DNA of 64,000 bases from an uncultured Hormoscilla sp. (GCA_963921275.4 OZ001293.3:2368001-2432000), one strand, 5' to 3'; positions 9,342 through 20,630 are shown, counted from the stretch's first letter. A program made the numbers and translations. Notes: generated by a model not told the origin, from the letters alone.

Positions 9342-10778
9342 ATGGTAACTGGTGATATCGGCAAGTCGCAGTCAGCGTCGCAACTAAACCGGGAGGCAAT
9401 TCCCCCCATCAATTTGTTTACCATGTTTCGGCTGGGGTTATTCCAGATGGGACTGGGTATTATGTCACTGCTGACCTTGGGCGTGATTAACCGGGTGATG
9501 ATTGACGAACTGCGAGTTCCAGCGTTGATCGCAGCGGGGGCGATCGCCATGCACCAGTTTGTCTCCCCCGCCCGAGTCTGGTTCGGTCAGATGTCGGACG
9601 CGAAGCCGATCGCAGGCCACCACCGGACGGGCTATATCTGGATCGGCACGGCGCTGTTTACAGTCACATCTTTTCTGGCTTTGCAAGTAGTCTGGCAATT
9701 GGGAGACAGTGCAACGGCGACGGGTTGGAGTCCCGTAACCTACGCTTGGGCGGTCCTGCTAGCAGTGATGTTTGCCATATATGGGTTAGCCCTCGGTGCC
9801 AGTTCCACTCCTTTTGCGGCGCTGCTATTCGATGTCTCTGATGATGACAAGCGATCGAAATTAATCAGTATTGTCTGGTCCATGCTGATGGTGGGCATTA
9901 TAGTTGGTGCTATCATCACCAGTATCTTGCTGAAACAATTAGCCTTAGATGCCCCGTTAGCAGAGTTAAAAGCATCGATCGATCGGCTGTTTATCATCGT
10001 TCCAGCGATCGTCTTTACCATTGCCTTGCTAGCAACTGCTGGGGTAGAGAAGAAATATTCCCTCTACGCCACGCGATCGACTATAGTCAAGCGCGAGGAT
10101 AGCATTACATTGGGCAGGGCCCTGCGCGTGTTAACCGCAAGTCGGCAAACGGGAATATTTTTTAGCTTCCTGCTATTCATGAGTATCAGCTTGTTCATGC
10201 AAGACCCGGTTTTGGAACCCTATGGGGGCGAAGTGTTTGGCATGCAAATCTCTCAAACAGCCAGACTGAATGCTTTCTTCGGGATGGGAACGCTGGTGGG
10301 TATTGGTTCTACAGGTTTCTTGATTGTACCGCGCTTGGGCAAGCGGAACACTTGTTTTTGGGGCTGTATGGGCACGGCAGTCTGTTCGGGGTTACTGATT
10401 ATGTCGGGATTCACAGGTCAACCCAGTATGCTAATGACTAGCTTACTATTGTTTGGGCTGACTTCTGGAGTCCTGACTGCTGGGGCGATCGGCCTCATGC
10501 TGGACTTGACAGCGGCGGAAACAGCTGGTACATTTATCGGTGCTTGGGGACTAGCCCAGGCGATGGCCAGAGGACTGGCGACAGTGTTCGGTGGGGCAAT
10601 GTTGAATTTGGGTCAAATACTGTTTACAATGCCAGTGCAGGCTTACGGATTTGTTTTTGCAGTGCAAGCAACAGGACTGATAGTGGCAACCCAGTTGCTG
10701 AAGCGGGTGAATGTTCGGGAGTTTCAAACTAATGCTAAACAGGCGATCGCTGCTGTACTCGAAAGTGACCTAGATTGA
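9342..10778 (+). CDS. pucC: PucC/BCD family MFS protein
   Basis: RLGLFQMGLG, LNR/INRVMI, GQMSD..HRTGYI, LEPYGG and GAWGLAQA motifs; many TM segments. Confidence 0.88.
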   Translation: MVTGDIGKSQSASQLNREAIPPINLFTMFRLGLFQMGLGIMSLLTLGVINRVMIDELRVPALIAAGAIAMHQFVSPARVWFGQMSDAKPIAGHHRTGYIWIGTALFTVTSFLALQVVWQLGDSATATGWSPVTYAWAVLLAVMFAIYGLALGASSTPFAALLFDVSDDDKRSKLISIVWSMLMVGIIVGAIITSILLKQLALDAPLAELKASIDRLFIIVPAIVFTIALLATAGVEKKYSLYATRSTIVKREDSITLGRALRVLTASRQTGIFFSFLLFMSISLFMQDPVLEPYGGEVFGMQISQTARLNAFFGMGTLVGIGSTGFLIVPRLGKRNTCFWGCMGTAVCSGLLIMSGFTGQPSMLMTSLLLFGLTSGVLTAGAIGLMLDLTAAETAGTFIGAWGLAQAMARGLATVFGGAMLNLGQILFTMPVQAYGFVFAVQATGLIVATQLLKRVNVREFQTNAKQAIAAVLESDLD

Positions 10779-10883
10779 ACAGTTGAGAATTGAGCAGGGA
10801 AAATTGAGAATTGCGTAGTCCGGATCGCCTGTCCGCAGGTTGTTATCCCTTGATGGCGACAATTCACAATTGACAATTCACAA

Positions 10884-11776
10884 ATGAACAATTTTTGGAA
10901 TCAAATTTTATATTTTGCTCAGAGGGCGACGGTGAGAGTGGGAAATCAGCTGTTGCAGGATTTTGGACGGGTTACCGCATCGGAAAAAGCGGATGGGAGT
11001 TTAGTCACCCAAGCAGATAAATGGGCCGATTTTTCTGAGGTTTGTAGTGAGGACTTCCGTCCTCACTACAAACCTCAGTGGGGGAACTAACAGAGGCGAT
11101 CGCGTCTGCATTTCCCAGTCACGGGGTGTTAAGTGAAGAAACCGCCCAGATTTTTCCGGATAATGAATGGTGCTGGATTATTGACCCGATCGACGGTACT
11201 ACTAATTTTACCCGGGGGATTCCGATTTGGGGAATTTCTCTAGGTTTACTCTACCAAGGAACCCCCGTATTTGGTTACGTACATCTGCCCCCGATCAGGC
11301 AAGCATTTCACGGTTTTTGGGGGAAATATCCAGCACTCTATCTCCCGAAAAATCAAGCATTTCTGAATCAGCGTCCCATCCGCACTAGTGAGGATAGTCC
11401 TAGCAGCAATCACTTCTTTAATCTATGTGCTAGAAGTACAGATGTGCTGAGGAGATCGCCCGCATTTCCCTGTAAAATCAGGATGCTAGGAGTTGCGACT
11501 TACAACATGCTCAGCGTAGCAGCAGGAATTGCCATTGGTGGGGTAGAAGCAACCCCAAAAATCTGGGATATAGCGGCAGTCTGGGCCATTGTCCGAGCTG
11601 CTGGGGGAGAGTGGATATCGCTGCAAGAAGAAGCAATCTTTCCCCTCACCGTAGGGTCAAATTACAGCAGTCGTTCCTATCCCACCTTAGTAGTGAGTCG
11701 GACTGAATTGGTGCCAGTATTTCAACCTTTGGTGGAATTTATTGCCCAACCACAAATCAATACAATACCATCATAG
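10884..11776 (+). pseudogene. Inositol monophosphatase family gene, frameshifted by a palindrome insertion
   Basis: N-terminal half ends KADGSLVTQADKWAD. The C-terminal half (SEE, IIDPIDGTTNF, WDIAA) is in another frame. The insert spans ~11031-11083. Confidence 0.85.
11035..11078. repeat. Perfect 20-bp-stem palindrome (REP/SDR-like)
   Basis: ctgaggtttgtagtgaggac-ttcc-gtcctcactacaaacctcag. Confidence 0.9.
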
Positions 11777-11815
11777 GACTGATGTCAGTTTCATGTAGAA
11801 TAAAATGGAGAAACT

Positions 11816-12124
11816 ATGGCATTCACAAAGCAAACTATGCAGTTACTGTTTCCCAAACAAGAGCGGCGATCGCGCCGGAATCTGCTGCTCCGACTGATTA
11901 TAGGCACTCCGACCCTAGTTGTCAGCACTACAGCTTACTACAGTTATCAAATTGTGCGTAGCTTGGTACTGGAAAATATCAAAGAAAATGCTTTCTCGAA
12001 AGTGCGGGAAGTGGTTAACAAACTTGATGAATGGCTGGCAATTCTAAAAGCAGAAGTGGCAACGATCGCGGCCAGTACCATCACAGGGACAATGGACTGG
12101 ATGCCTTCGGGGTTTTTGCGTTAG
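11816..12124 (+). pseudogene. N-terminal fragment of a Cache-domain sensor kinase, cut at a palindromic element (12100-12162)
   Basis: TM helix plus SYQIVRSLVLEN..LDEWL..KAEV..IA. It ends at gatgccttcggg...cccgaaggcatc. Confidence 0.6.
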
Positions 12125-12279
12125 CGCAGCGGCTGCGCAGCCGCTAGCATCCCGAAGGCATCGAAGTGTTTTCATACTTATATCGTATCAGAGCGCGATC
12201 GCCCCGTAATAAAACTTATCAAATCTCGTGGAGTTGATAGCGGATACTAAATATAGAACCTATGATAGTGGAGTATCCT

Positions 12280-12585
12280 ATGTCCGAAGCAACCCCCGTC
12301 AAACCCGCAGTTTTGCTTACCATCATTAGCGAGACAGTATTGAGAGACAGGATAGTCAAGCTACTGAAACAGCAAGGTATCACCGGATATACCATCAATC
12401 AAGTGCAAGGAGAAGGCTCTCACGGCAAACGCATGGGTGATATCCCTGGCTATGATACAAATTTTGAGCTGAAGACGATCGTGTCCCCCGAAACATCTGA
12501 TGTTATCCTCGATCTCTTAAAAGAGCAGAAAGGAAACCACGCCTTGATCGCCTACCGACAGAATGTGAAAGTATTGATTGATTAA
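12280..12585 (+). CDS. P-II-like protein (SbtB-like)
   Basis: LLTIISE..L..RIVKLL...GITGYTI..VQGEGSHG..R..NFELKTIVS; about 100 aa. Confidence 0.75.
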   Translation: MSEATPVKPAVLLTIISETVLRDRIVKLLKQQGITGYTINQVQGEGSHGKRMGDIPGYDTNFELKTIVSPETSDVILDLLKEQKGNHALIAYRQNVKVLID

Positions 12586-12690
12586 TTGTAGGGTGGGCAC
12601 CGCCCACCATCTGATATTGAGATAAATAGACAACATCATCACATGTCTTGGTTGGGTTTCCCCAGGTTACCCAACCGACAACATCATCTA

Positions 12691-13500
12691 TTATTTTAAC
12701 AGCCAATCTAGTTGTTGTTCCAGACAAGCAAGGGCTTCAGATATCTGCACCTGCCGAAAGGAGCCATAAAAGCGACTGACACTACCGAAAAGTTCCGGAG
12801 TGGCTAAAACAATCACCCGATCGCCCCAGCCGTACAGTTCTTCCAGCAAGCTCTTGGGTGCCACCGGCGCACAGATCCAGATTTGGGCGGGATCTTGCAG
12901 TCGCAGGGCCTTAATTGCTACTGCCATCGTCATCCCCGTAGCAATGCCATCATCAACCAAAAGGGCGATCGCCCCAGTCGGATTAAGCTCTTTTTTGGGC
13001 AATGGGGAGTGATTTAAGAGGATCTCGCCTGTATCAAGAGATACAGCAGGGCGGTTAGAGGCAAGCTGGGCCAGTTGAGATACTGCTTTTTCTTGGGCTT
13101 GCAGCTGCTGGGTTTCCCGTAAACTAGGTTCATCGATCCCCCCTAACCCCCCTTCCTCTAAGGGGGGAACCGCTTGGCTCAGTTTGGGCAAATCATCTAT
13201 AACGTTCTGTGTAGACCAGATTACCTGTCCGCAGGCAGTCACCGCGCCAATAGCTAACTCCCGATTAGAGGGTTTGGTAATCTTTTTCGCCACCACCACA
13301 TCCAGAGGACAACCCAAAGTCCGGGCGATCGGCACAGCAACTGGCAAACCCCCCCGAGGTAGAGCATAAGCAATTGTGCTGGGCGGTGCTCCCCCAGCCT
13401 GATGCAACTGGGCGATCTGGACGGCAACTACTTCAGCTAGCTGCTGTCCGGCATCCTGGCGATCGGCAAATCTAAAATCAGGTAACATAAGCTTTGGCAC
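12691..13500 (-). CDS. Phosphoribosyltransferase family protein with in-frame repeat insertion
   Basis: FADRQDAG, ALPRGGLPVA, LVDDGIATGMT motifs. VPPLEEGGLGG is encoded by a palindromic repeat. Confidence 0.88.
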   Translation of the reverse strand: MPKLMLPDFRFADRQDAGQQLAEVVAVQIAQLHQAGGAPPSTIAYALPRGGLPVAVPIARTLGCPLDVVVAKKITKPSNRELAIGAVTACGQVIWSTQNVIDDLPKLSQAVPPLEEGGLGGIDEPSLRETQQLQAQEKAVSQLAQLASNRPAVSLDTGEILLNHSPLPKKELNPTGAIALLVDDGIATGMTMAVAIKALRLQDPAQIWICAPVAPKSLLEELYGWGDRVIVLATPELFGSVSRFYGSFRQVQISEALACLEQQLDWLLK

Positions 13501-13574
13501 CAGATGGGCTTATTTCTATTTTGGCTCATTTTTGCCGCTCTGAGTCGATCGAATCATACTTGCTCTTGAAATTC

Positions 13575-14363
13575 ATGGCTAACGAAGAACAACTCAGTCG
13601 GTTTGACCACTCAAATTTTAGCTCTCCCGCAGCACCAGCAACATCTGCTTCGATGTCTCCGGAGAGCGCTACTCGCACTACTCCGGAGACATCGATCGAA
13701 CAATTAATTGCCCAGATCCAGTCCGAAGCCGAACGTGCGCCCTTTCCCATCGACGAACCAGTATATCAGGCTGCCAACTTAAAACCAACCCAAGCTATTC
13801 TCTATGCTGGCAATTTAGCAAGTCAGCTGTGCTTTTTTGGCCGGGATCTAGGCAAAGATGAAGTTCATGCCCGTCAACCGCTATACGGTGCTGCTGGCCG
13901 GTTAGTGCGTCAGGGGGTTTACCGCGCCGTTTATCACCAAGAGTCCAGCCAAAATGAAGAATTGTTAGCTGTCTGCGACCATGTCCTGCTCACTAACACT
14001 GTACCTTACAAACCCCCTGGTAATAAAGCCTATCTAGCTGGCGTCAAAAATAGATTTCGTCCTTTTATCGAGCGTCTGCTGGTAATTCACTGGCAAGGAA
14101 ATCAAATCATTACCCTGGGGACTGAAGCCTGCAAATGGTTTATTCCCTATGGCGCTAAAGGAGAAGTGACTAGCTTTTTCCAACGGGACGATCGCTACAC
14201 AGCCAGCTTGCAAGTAACCCTGCGAGGTTTAGATTATCTCAGACAGCCCCATGAAAAGCAAGTAACGCTGTTACCTCTGCCCCACCCATCCCCTTTGAAT
14301 GAAAAATACTATGCCAAATTTCCCGAGATGCTTCAGCAGCACCTTGGGGAAATCTTCCCGTGA
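13575..14363 (+). CDS. Uracil-DNA glycosylase family protein
   Basis: FFGRDLGKDE..PLYGAAG, LTNTVPYKPPGNK, ITLG and LPHPSP motifs. Confidence 0.85.
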   Translation: MANEEQLSRFDHSNFSSPAAPATSASMSPESATRTTPETSIEQLIAQIQSEAERAPFPIDEPVYQAANLKPTQAILYAGNLASQLCFFGRDLGKDEVHARQPLYGAAGRLVRQGVYRAVYHQESSQNEELLAVCDHVLLTNTVPYKPPGNKAYLAGVKNRFRPFIERLLVIHWQGNQIITLGTEACKWFIPYGAKGEVTSFFQRDDRYTASLQVTLRGLDYLRQPHEKQVTLLPLPHPSPLNEKYYAKFPEMLQQHLGEIFP

Positions 14364-14498
14364 CGCCTGCCCGGCATTAAGGACTTGGTTGCGTAATTTT
14401 ATAGACGCGATCGCACCGCAATACTTCTCGGTTAATAACTTGTCCGGAGCCCAACCTGGGAGATCCCTTTACTTACCAGTTAGTCTCCGGCAACAACG

Positions 14499-14976
14499 CC
14501 TTCACCATAGTAGGGGACCAACTGCTAACTAACAGTTCTTTGGACTTTGAGACCCAGTCGATTTACAGGATATTCGTCCAGACTACCGACTCGACTGGGG
14601 CCAGTTACTCGGAGGCCTTGATTATTAATGTGAACAATGTTGCCTCTTCTCCTACCGACATAGTCCTTAGCAACAGCAGCATCAATTCCTACTCTCCATT
14701 GGGTAGCATCGTGGGGACTTTCGGAACTAGCGACCCCGACTCTGGAAATACCTTTACCTACCGGTTAATCTCCGGCTTTGGTGCCGATGATAACGCTGCT
14801 TTCACCATAGTAGGGGACCAACTGCTAATTAACAGTTCTTTGGACTTTGAGACCCAGTCGAGTTACAGCATCCGCGTCCAGACTACCGACGTTACTGGGG
14901 CCAGTTACTCGGAGGTCTTGACTATTAACGTCAACGATGTTGCCTCTTCTCCTACCGACCTCAACCTCAGCAACAC
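14499..14976 (+). pseudogene. Orphan fragment of a cadherin-repeat protein (300-bp period, ~1.6 units)
   Basis: 14501.. repeats at 14801.. and encodes LDFETQSSYSIRVQTTD..INVND..PTD. No native start or end. Confidence 0.8.
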
Positions 14977-15774
14977 TGCCCAAGTCCCACCCTTGCCAAA
15001 AGCAGAACTAACCACTAAGGCATGATCAGCTAAGCCATAGATATACTTATTTCGCTCCATCGCATTGCCCACATTGAAGCTAGCATTCGGATCGTAAGCA
15101 GAAATTAAAGTCAATCTGCCCTCTTTAATACTTGGCCGATACTTGCCATTCACTGCCGCCTTAGTCAAGCTGTCAGCTAACACGCCCACAGCAGTTCCAC
15201 CTGCCTCTAATACCCCCAGCATCGACGCTTCATCTACCCCACGAGCCCCACCAGAAACTACCTGCATTCCTTGTGCTGCGCAAGTCCGGGCAACTTGCCG
15301 AGTATAGTCTAGTTCTTCTGACGAGACATCGCGAGAACCGACAACTGCTAGCCCTCCCTTATTCAACAGTTCCATATTGCCTACCCCATAGAAAATAGCC
15401 GGGGCTAACTGTTTTAATTTCTTCTTGATAACCCGGGGATATCTGGCGTCAGCCCGTCCCAGCACCCACAGCCCCTGACTTGTCCATTTCTCAACTGCCA
15501 AACTCAGCATCATCCCCCGTTCTAGTAGCGCTACTAGCCTGGCTGTATCTACCTTGCCTATGGTATTTTGAGGTAAGGAATTTATCTTTATCGACTCCAG
15601 CAAATCCTTTGGACTCATTTGATTTTCCCGCAGCCAACCCGCTACAGTATTATATTCGCCCAGGGTCAGAGGTTGCGGTTTGGTTTGCCGAGGCTGTCCG
15701 AACTGGGCGCACAACAGGAGAATAGCTTCAGTATCTGGCGAAAACCGGCGATCGTCCATAATTTCTCTTATCAT
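14977..15774 (-). pseudogene. DprA/SMF-domain protein (RqlI-like), 3'-truncated
   Basis: AVVGSR, VVSGGARGVD, AMERNKYI. It breaks after GKGGTWA and runs into cadherin antisense sequence. Confidence 0.82.
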
Positions 15775-17498
15775 CTACTCTAAAAAATTAAGGGCTAATG
15801 CTAGAGGAAAAACCTTACCACTTCCCGCACGACGCAGCAAGGCAGCAATTACCGTAAATGTCCAACGGGAATCGACAACATCGTCAACTAAGAACGCTGG
15901 TTCTTGCCTGACATTCGCAGCATCAACTGCAAAGACACCATCCAAATTACGAGTTTTTTGGTAATTGTTACTCATATTCTTCTGGGGTTTATTGTGCCGC
16001 ACCTTCTGCACTACCTTTAGCAAAGGTAAACCCAGCTTTTCAGCCAGTCTCATGGCAAAATCCGGCACTAATTCGGGACGATACAAGGAAGGCACGTAAG
16101 TGACCCAGGTTGGCATGGGTTGGGGTTGCCAGCGCTGAATCATCTCCACAGCACCCCGCACTAGTGCCTCATCAAAGCGATTGTCCCTGTATTTACCATG
16201 CTTCACTAATTCTCCCCAACCCGCATCACCCCAGAGAGATAATGCCCGTCCTGACTCGGCTTGGAAATTTTCGTTGATTTTACCAGAAAAATCATAAATC
16301 TGTAAAGCTTTTGACGGCGGCCATTGCTTGCGAGGTGCAATAACCTGTTCGTTCCGACGTAGATACTGAATAGCTCGAACGGCCATAAATTGGGAGTAGG
16401 TTTCCGGTAACAAAGGCTGTTGCTGGCATACCGCACATTTTCCGCAAGGAGTTGGATCCAGGTCATCTAAGGCTCTGGCTAGAAAAGCCATCAGACATTC
16501 TTGACTTTCCATGTACTCCCCCATCTGCTCTTGTTCTTGGTAGCGAATCCTTGTCAACTGCTCGATTTTATGACGATCTGGTTGATAAAAAACCGGCGTC
16601 GCATACCATTTTGTTCCTCGTTTAGTTACCGGGGATGGAGACTCCAGAGACAGAATTTTCAAAACTTTAGTGATTTGGCTCTTAGAAAGATTGATTCGCT
16701 GCTCCAGCTGCGGAACCGACAAGCCATAATTTGCTTCGTTCAGGGCATTTAATACCTGTTCCGTATGGGCTTCGGGAGGGAAAGCACTTTCGATAAAATA
16801 GTTAGTAATCTCTTCATCTTCATTGCCACACAGGAGAATGCCATAGGCTTTTGCGACTGCTCTTCCGGCCCGTCCCACCTGTTGATAATAATGGACAACT
16901 GAACCAGGACGTTGGTAATGAATTACAAATCCGAGATCGGGTTTATCAAAACCCATGCCTAAAGCCGTGGTGGCAACTAAGGCTTTGATGCGATCGCGCA
17001 GCAGTTGGTCTTCTAATACCTCCCGTTCTTCTCGCTGGCTGTGGTATGCCAGGGCATCAATGTCCTGAGTCCGCAACCAATCGGCAACTCGTTCGGCATC
17101 TCTAACCGTGAAGGTGTAAATAATGCCACTACCGGAGATATTGGGGAGATGTTCTGCTAACCAGGCCATGCGGGCGGCAGCACTGGGAAGATAGATATTT
17201 TGCAGTTGTAAGCTTTCTCGAATTAGAGGACCTCTGGATAGGCGCAGAGAGGACACTAGTTGCGCTTTGATATCATCAACTACGCGGTTGTTAGCTGTGG
17301 CGGTAGTTGCGAGGGCGGGAATATTCTGGGGCAGGGCCTGTAAAATGCGGACAATGCGTCGATAGTCGGGGCGAAAGTCATGTCCCCAGTCCGAGATACA
17401 ATGAGCTTCATCCACGACAAATAAGCCAATTTTTTTGGCAATAGGTAGGAGAATGCCGTCCCGAAATTCTTCATTTGCCAGTCGTTCGGGGGATATTA

Positions 17499-18510
17499 AC
17501 CTAAGTTGCGACCTATTAAAAAAAATATGAATTACCCACTTAGACTTTACAGATATTTGGGATATTTCGTAGCTTTTGATACAAAATTATATTTTTTTTG
17601 TGCTAGACGGCGGGTTGGCTGTTTATAGGTTATAATGTACTAAAATAATAGTTAATTGCTGGGGGATGTAGATGATGGAAGATATGATTACAACAATTTT
17701 TGTTCTTTGTGACGATCTACTAAAAGCGTTAAATATAAAAGAAGATCCACAAGTAAAAATGAACAATGCCGAAGTGATGACAGTCGGATTAGTTGCTGCA
17801 TATTTTTTCGGAGGACACCACGATCGCTCTTGTCAATTTATGGTCGAACACAAGTATATAAAAAATCTGTTAAGTAAAAGTAGGTTCAATCGTCGATTAC
17901 ACAATATTGAGGAACCAATTTGGATGTTTTTCTTCCAAGTTATAGCTCAAACATTTAAAGAGCTCAATCCGGGTCAAGAATATATTCTTGATAGTTTCCC
18001 GGTGCCAGTATGTGATAATATTAAAATTGATAGATGCCAAATTTATAACAAGAAAGAATATCGAGAGTATATTGCCAGTAAAAAACGTTATTTTTATGGA
18101 TTAAGAGTTCATATGTTGGTAAACAAAAATGGAAAGCCAATAGAATTTTATCTAGATCCTGGTAGTTATAATGATGTTAAAGTTTTGCAATCTTTTGGCT
18201 TTGACTTACCATCAAATTCAATAGTTTATGGAGATAAAGCTTATAATGATTATCAATTAGAGGATTTACTAAAAGAGTCGTCAAGTATAATGTTAAAATC
18301 TTTGCGAAAAAAGAACTCAAAAAGAAAAGAATATTCTTGTTTTGAATATATACAAAAAGTAACAAGAAAACAAGTTGAAACCTGTTTTAGTCGAATCACC
18401 AATTTGTTTCCCAAGTCAATTCATGCTGTTACATCTAAGGGATTAGAGTTGAAAATAATTCTCTTTATCATAGCTTTTTGTATCCAATTTTTATAGGTCG
18501 CAACTTGAGT
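17499..18510 (+). mobile_element. IS982-family insertion sequence (1012 bp), 5-bp TSD TATTA
   Basis: TIR acctaagttgcgacctat / ataggtcgcaacttgagt. TATTA at 17494-17498 and 18511-18515. Confidence 0.93.
17672..18496 (+). CDS. IS982-family DDE transposase
   Basis: SRFNRR, ILDSFPVPVC, YFYGLRVH, GDKAY and RKQVETCFS motifs. Confidence 0.92.
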   Translation: MMEDMITTIFVLCDDLLKALNIKEDPQVKMNNAEVMTVGLVAAYFFGGHHDRSCQFMVEHKYIKNLLSKSRFNRRLHNIEEPIWMFFFQVIAQTFKELNPGQEYILDSFPVPVCDNIKIDRCQIYNKKEYREYIASKKRYFYGLRVHMLVNKNGKPIEFYLDPGSYNDVKVLQSFGFDLPSNSIVYGDKAYNDYQLEDLLKESSSIMLKSLRKKNSKRKEYSCFEYIQKVTRKQVETCFSRITNLFPKSIHAVTSKGLELKIILFIIAFCIQFL

Positions 18511-18966
18511 TATTAGTAAAATATCTACTTGTCCTGCTAGTAATTGAGTCTTGACCAGTTCCCATTCTTCTACATTGCTGGAGTTAATTGTCGCCGCTTC
18601 GATATCGATTCGTTTTGCGGCAGCAATTTGGTTTCGCATCAGGGCGAGTAGCGGTGAAATCAGAAGGGTGGGACCAGATCCGAGATCGCGCAGGATGCGA
18701 GTAGCCAAAAAGTAGACTAAGCTTTTCCCCCAACCCGTACGCTGGACGACCAAAAGTCGCGATCGATTCTCGATCAGATCCGCGATCGTTTCCCATTGCC
18801 CATCTCTAAAGTTAGCAGTTGGGTTATCCAGGGCTTGGCGGAGCAGTGATAGCCCTTGCTCTGCTGTTATCATCTCTACAATCTATTATACCATTTTTTC
18901 AAAACAATGCTACAATTATTTAACTCGATTATTCGAGTGCAGGAGATAAAAAACCGGATTTCCTGG

Positions 18967-19521
18967 CTACGATCGCGCCCGTGGGGGACGGGCGGCCCGA
19001 CAATCTCGCAACCAGTTACGAATGGCCTGGGCGATCGCCCCCTGACTATTTTCCCGAGGAGGGGAGGGAGGGCGTCCATCTCTAGCACCATCAATACTAG
19101 AAAACATCAAAGCCAAGCGCCATCCATCCTGAGTTTTCGTCAAAAACAGCCAATGAAAGTGCTGAATTTCCAACACCCGCTCGTTCCGACTATAAGTCCG
19201 TTCCAGAGTAGTAATAAAGACTTGACGAGGGTCTTCTGGAATCGGTTTACCAGGACTAAGAGGTAAAGGATCGAACTCAGCACGCCCTGCTAAAATCACA
19301 TTACTCGGTCGAAAAGAGTCACCTCCGTTACGATTGCGTTGCATGACGCGATTAGCATAACCGGGTAAATCTTCGATCAGTCGAGCCATCAGAGGTTCTA
19401 ATTCAACTGGACAACCCGATTGAGAATTTTCTGCCACAGCTCTAACATTGTTTGGGAAAAGCCCCTGGGCCACCCCCATCCCCAACAATAAACTTATCAT
19501 CCCAGCTAAACGCCACAGCAT
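18967..19521 (-). CDS. Conserved cyanobacterial hypothetical exported protein
   Basis: Signal-peptide-like start; DLPGYANRV, QVFITTLER, HWLFLT and WLRDC motifs. Confidence 0.7.
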   Translation of the reverse strand: MLWRLAGMISLLLGMGVAQGLFPNNVRAVAENSQSGCPVELEPLMARLIEDLPGYANRVMQRNRNGGDSFRPSNVILAGRAEFDPLPLSPGKPIPEDPRQVFITTLERTYSRNERVLEIQHFHWLFLTKTQDGWRLALMFSSIDGARDGRPPSPPRENSQGAIAQAIRNWLRDCRAARPPRARS

Positions 19522-19609
19522 ATATTAGACCATTTTGTAAAGGTTGGCTACAATTATTGTAAACATTATCCTATTATACCAATTTAATAAAGTTGTGATA
19601 GAGAAAAAC

Positions 19610-19901
19610 GCCCCCCTCTGGTTACCAGGTAGAACCTGGTAACGGTATTCTGAGGCTCCAGCCTCCACCCATCCGTGCAGAGTCAAGTCTCTCAGAGCTT
19701 TAAAAAAATGGTATTAGTCTGTTAAAACTTTCGATTTTGCACCATTTTTAACTAGAGGCGGAGCCTCCATAACTCGTTCCCTGGCGGAGCCAAGGAACGA
19801 GGGGAAAAACAAGGGAAAACACTTTCTATATAATGATTTCAGTCGGTTTTAACCGACTTTAGCTTTTAGCCGGGGGTTTTAACCCCCGGCGGGCCGTGAG
19901 A
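19610..19901. repeat. Cluster of REP-like palindromes
   Basis: gttaccagg..cctggtaac; gaggctccagcctc; gaggcggagcctc; gttccctgg..ccaaggaac; agtcggttttaaccgact; gccgggggttttaacccccggc. Confidence 0.7.
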
Positions 19902-20630
19902 CCAATTGACTGCTAATTCTTCATAAATACGCTGCCAAGCCGCAGCCTGATCGTCCGCCTGAGTAATCGGACGTCCAATCACCAGATAATTTGCCCCCGC
20001 TTTCACCGCCTCCGATGGAGTCATATAGCGCCTTTGATCGCCCCCCGAAGCCCATTTCGGGCGCACCCCCGGACAAACCAGCAAAAAATCATCTCCGCAA
20101 ATTTGTCGCAATTGCTGCGCCTCCTGGGGGGAGCAAACCACCCCATTTATGCCCGTCTCCCGTGCTAAAAGAGCCATCTTTAACACATACTCTGGCAACT
20201 CGATCGGCACCTGCAAATCAAAAGCTAAATCCCGGGAATTCAGACTCGTCAGCAAAGTAATTGCCAGTAGCTTGGGGGGCGGACAGCTAGCAGATTCAGC
20301 CCCCTCACCAGCAGCTGCAACCGCCGCTGAAAGGGCACGGCGTCCAGCTGTAGCATGAATTGTCAGCAAATCTACCGCATAACCTGCTGCTGCCCGACAG
20401 GCACCCGCGATCGTATTGGGGATATCATGAAACTTCAGATCCAGAAATATCCGCTTTTGCCGATCTTTGAGAATTTGGAGAATCTGGGGACCGCAGCTAA
20501 CAAATAACTCTAGCCCCACCTTCCAAAAGCCCACTTCCGGCAAAGAGTCGATCAGGGCGATCGCCTCCCCCTGACTAGCAACATCCAAAGGAACGATAAT
20601 TTCACTCTTCACTATCTGGTTACTCTGCAC
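19866..20630 (-). CDS. pyrF: Orotidine-5'-phosphate decarboxylase
   Basis: [24 protein letters not shown] and VIGRPIT motifs. Confidence 0.97.
   Translation of the reverse strand: MQSNQIVKSEIIVPLDVASQGEAIALIDSLPEVGFWKVGLELFVSCGPQILQILKDRQKRIFLDLKFHDIPNTIAGACRAAAGYAVDLLTIHATAGRRALSAAVAAAGEGAESASCPPPKLLAITLLTSLNSRDLAFDLQVPIELPEYVLKMALLARETGINGVVCSPQEAQQLRQICGDDFLLVCPGVRPKWASGGDQRRYMTPSEAVKAGANYLVIGRPITQADDQAAAWQRIYEELAVNWSHGPPGVKTPG

Larger units (their letters stand above)
15775..18873 (-). pseudogene. RecQ-family helicase with C-terminal PRTase domain (RqlH-like), interrupted by IS982
   Basis: QRTGWGKS, DEAHCISDWGHDFRP, QQVGRAGR, CGKCAVC, LVDDVVDSRWT. Removing the IS and one TSD restores DILLISPER and a 693-aa frame. 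Confidence 0.9.
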
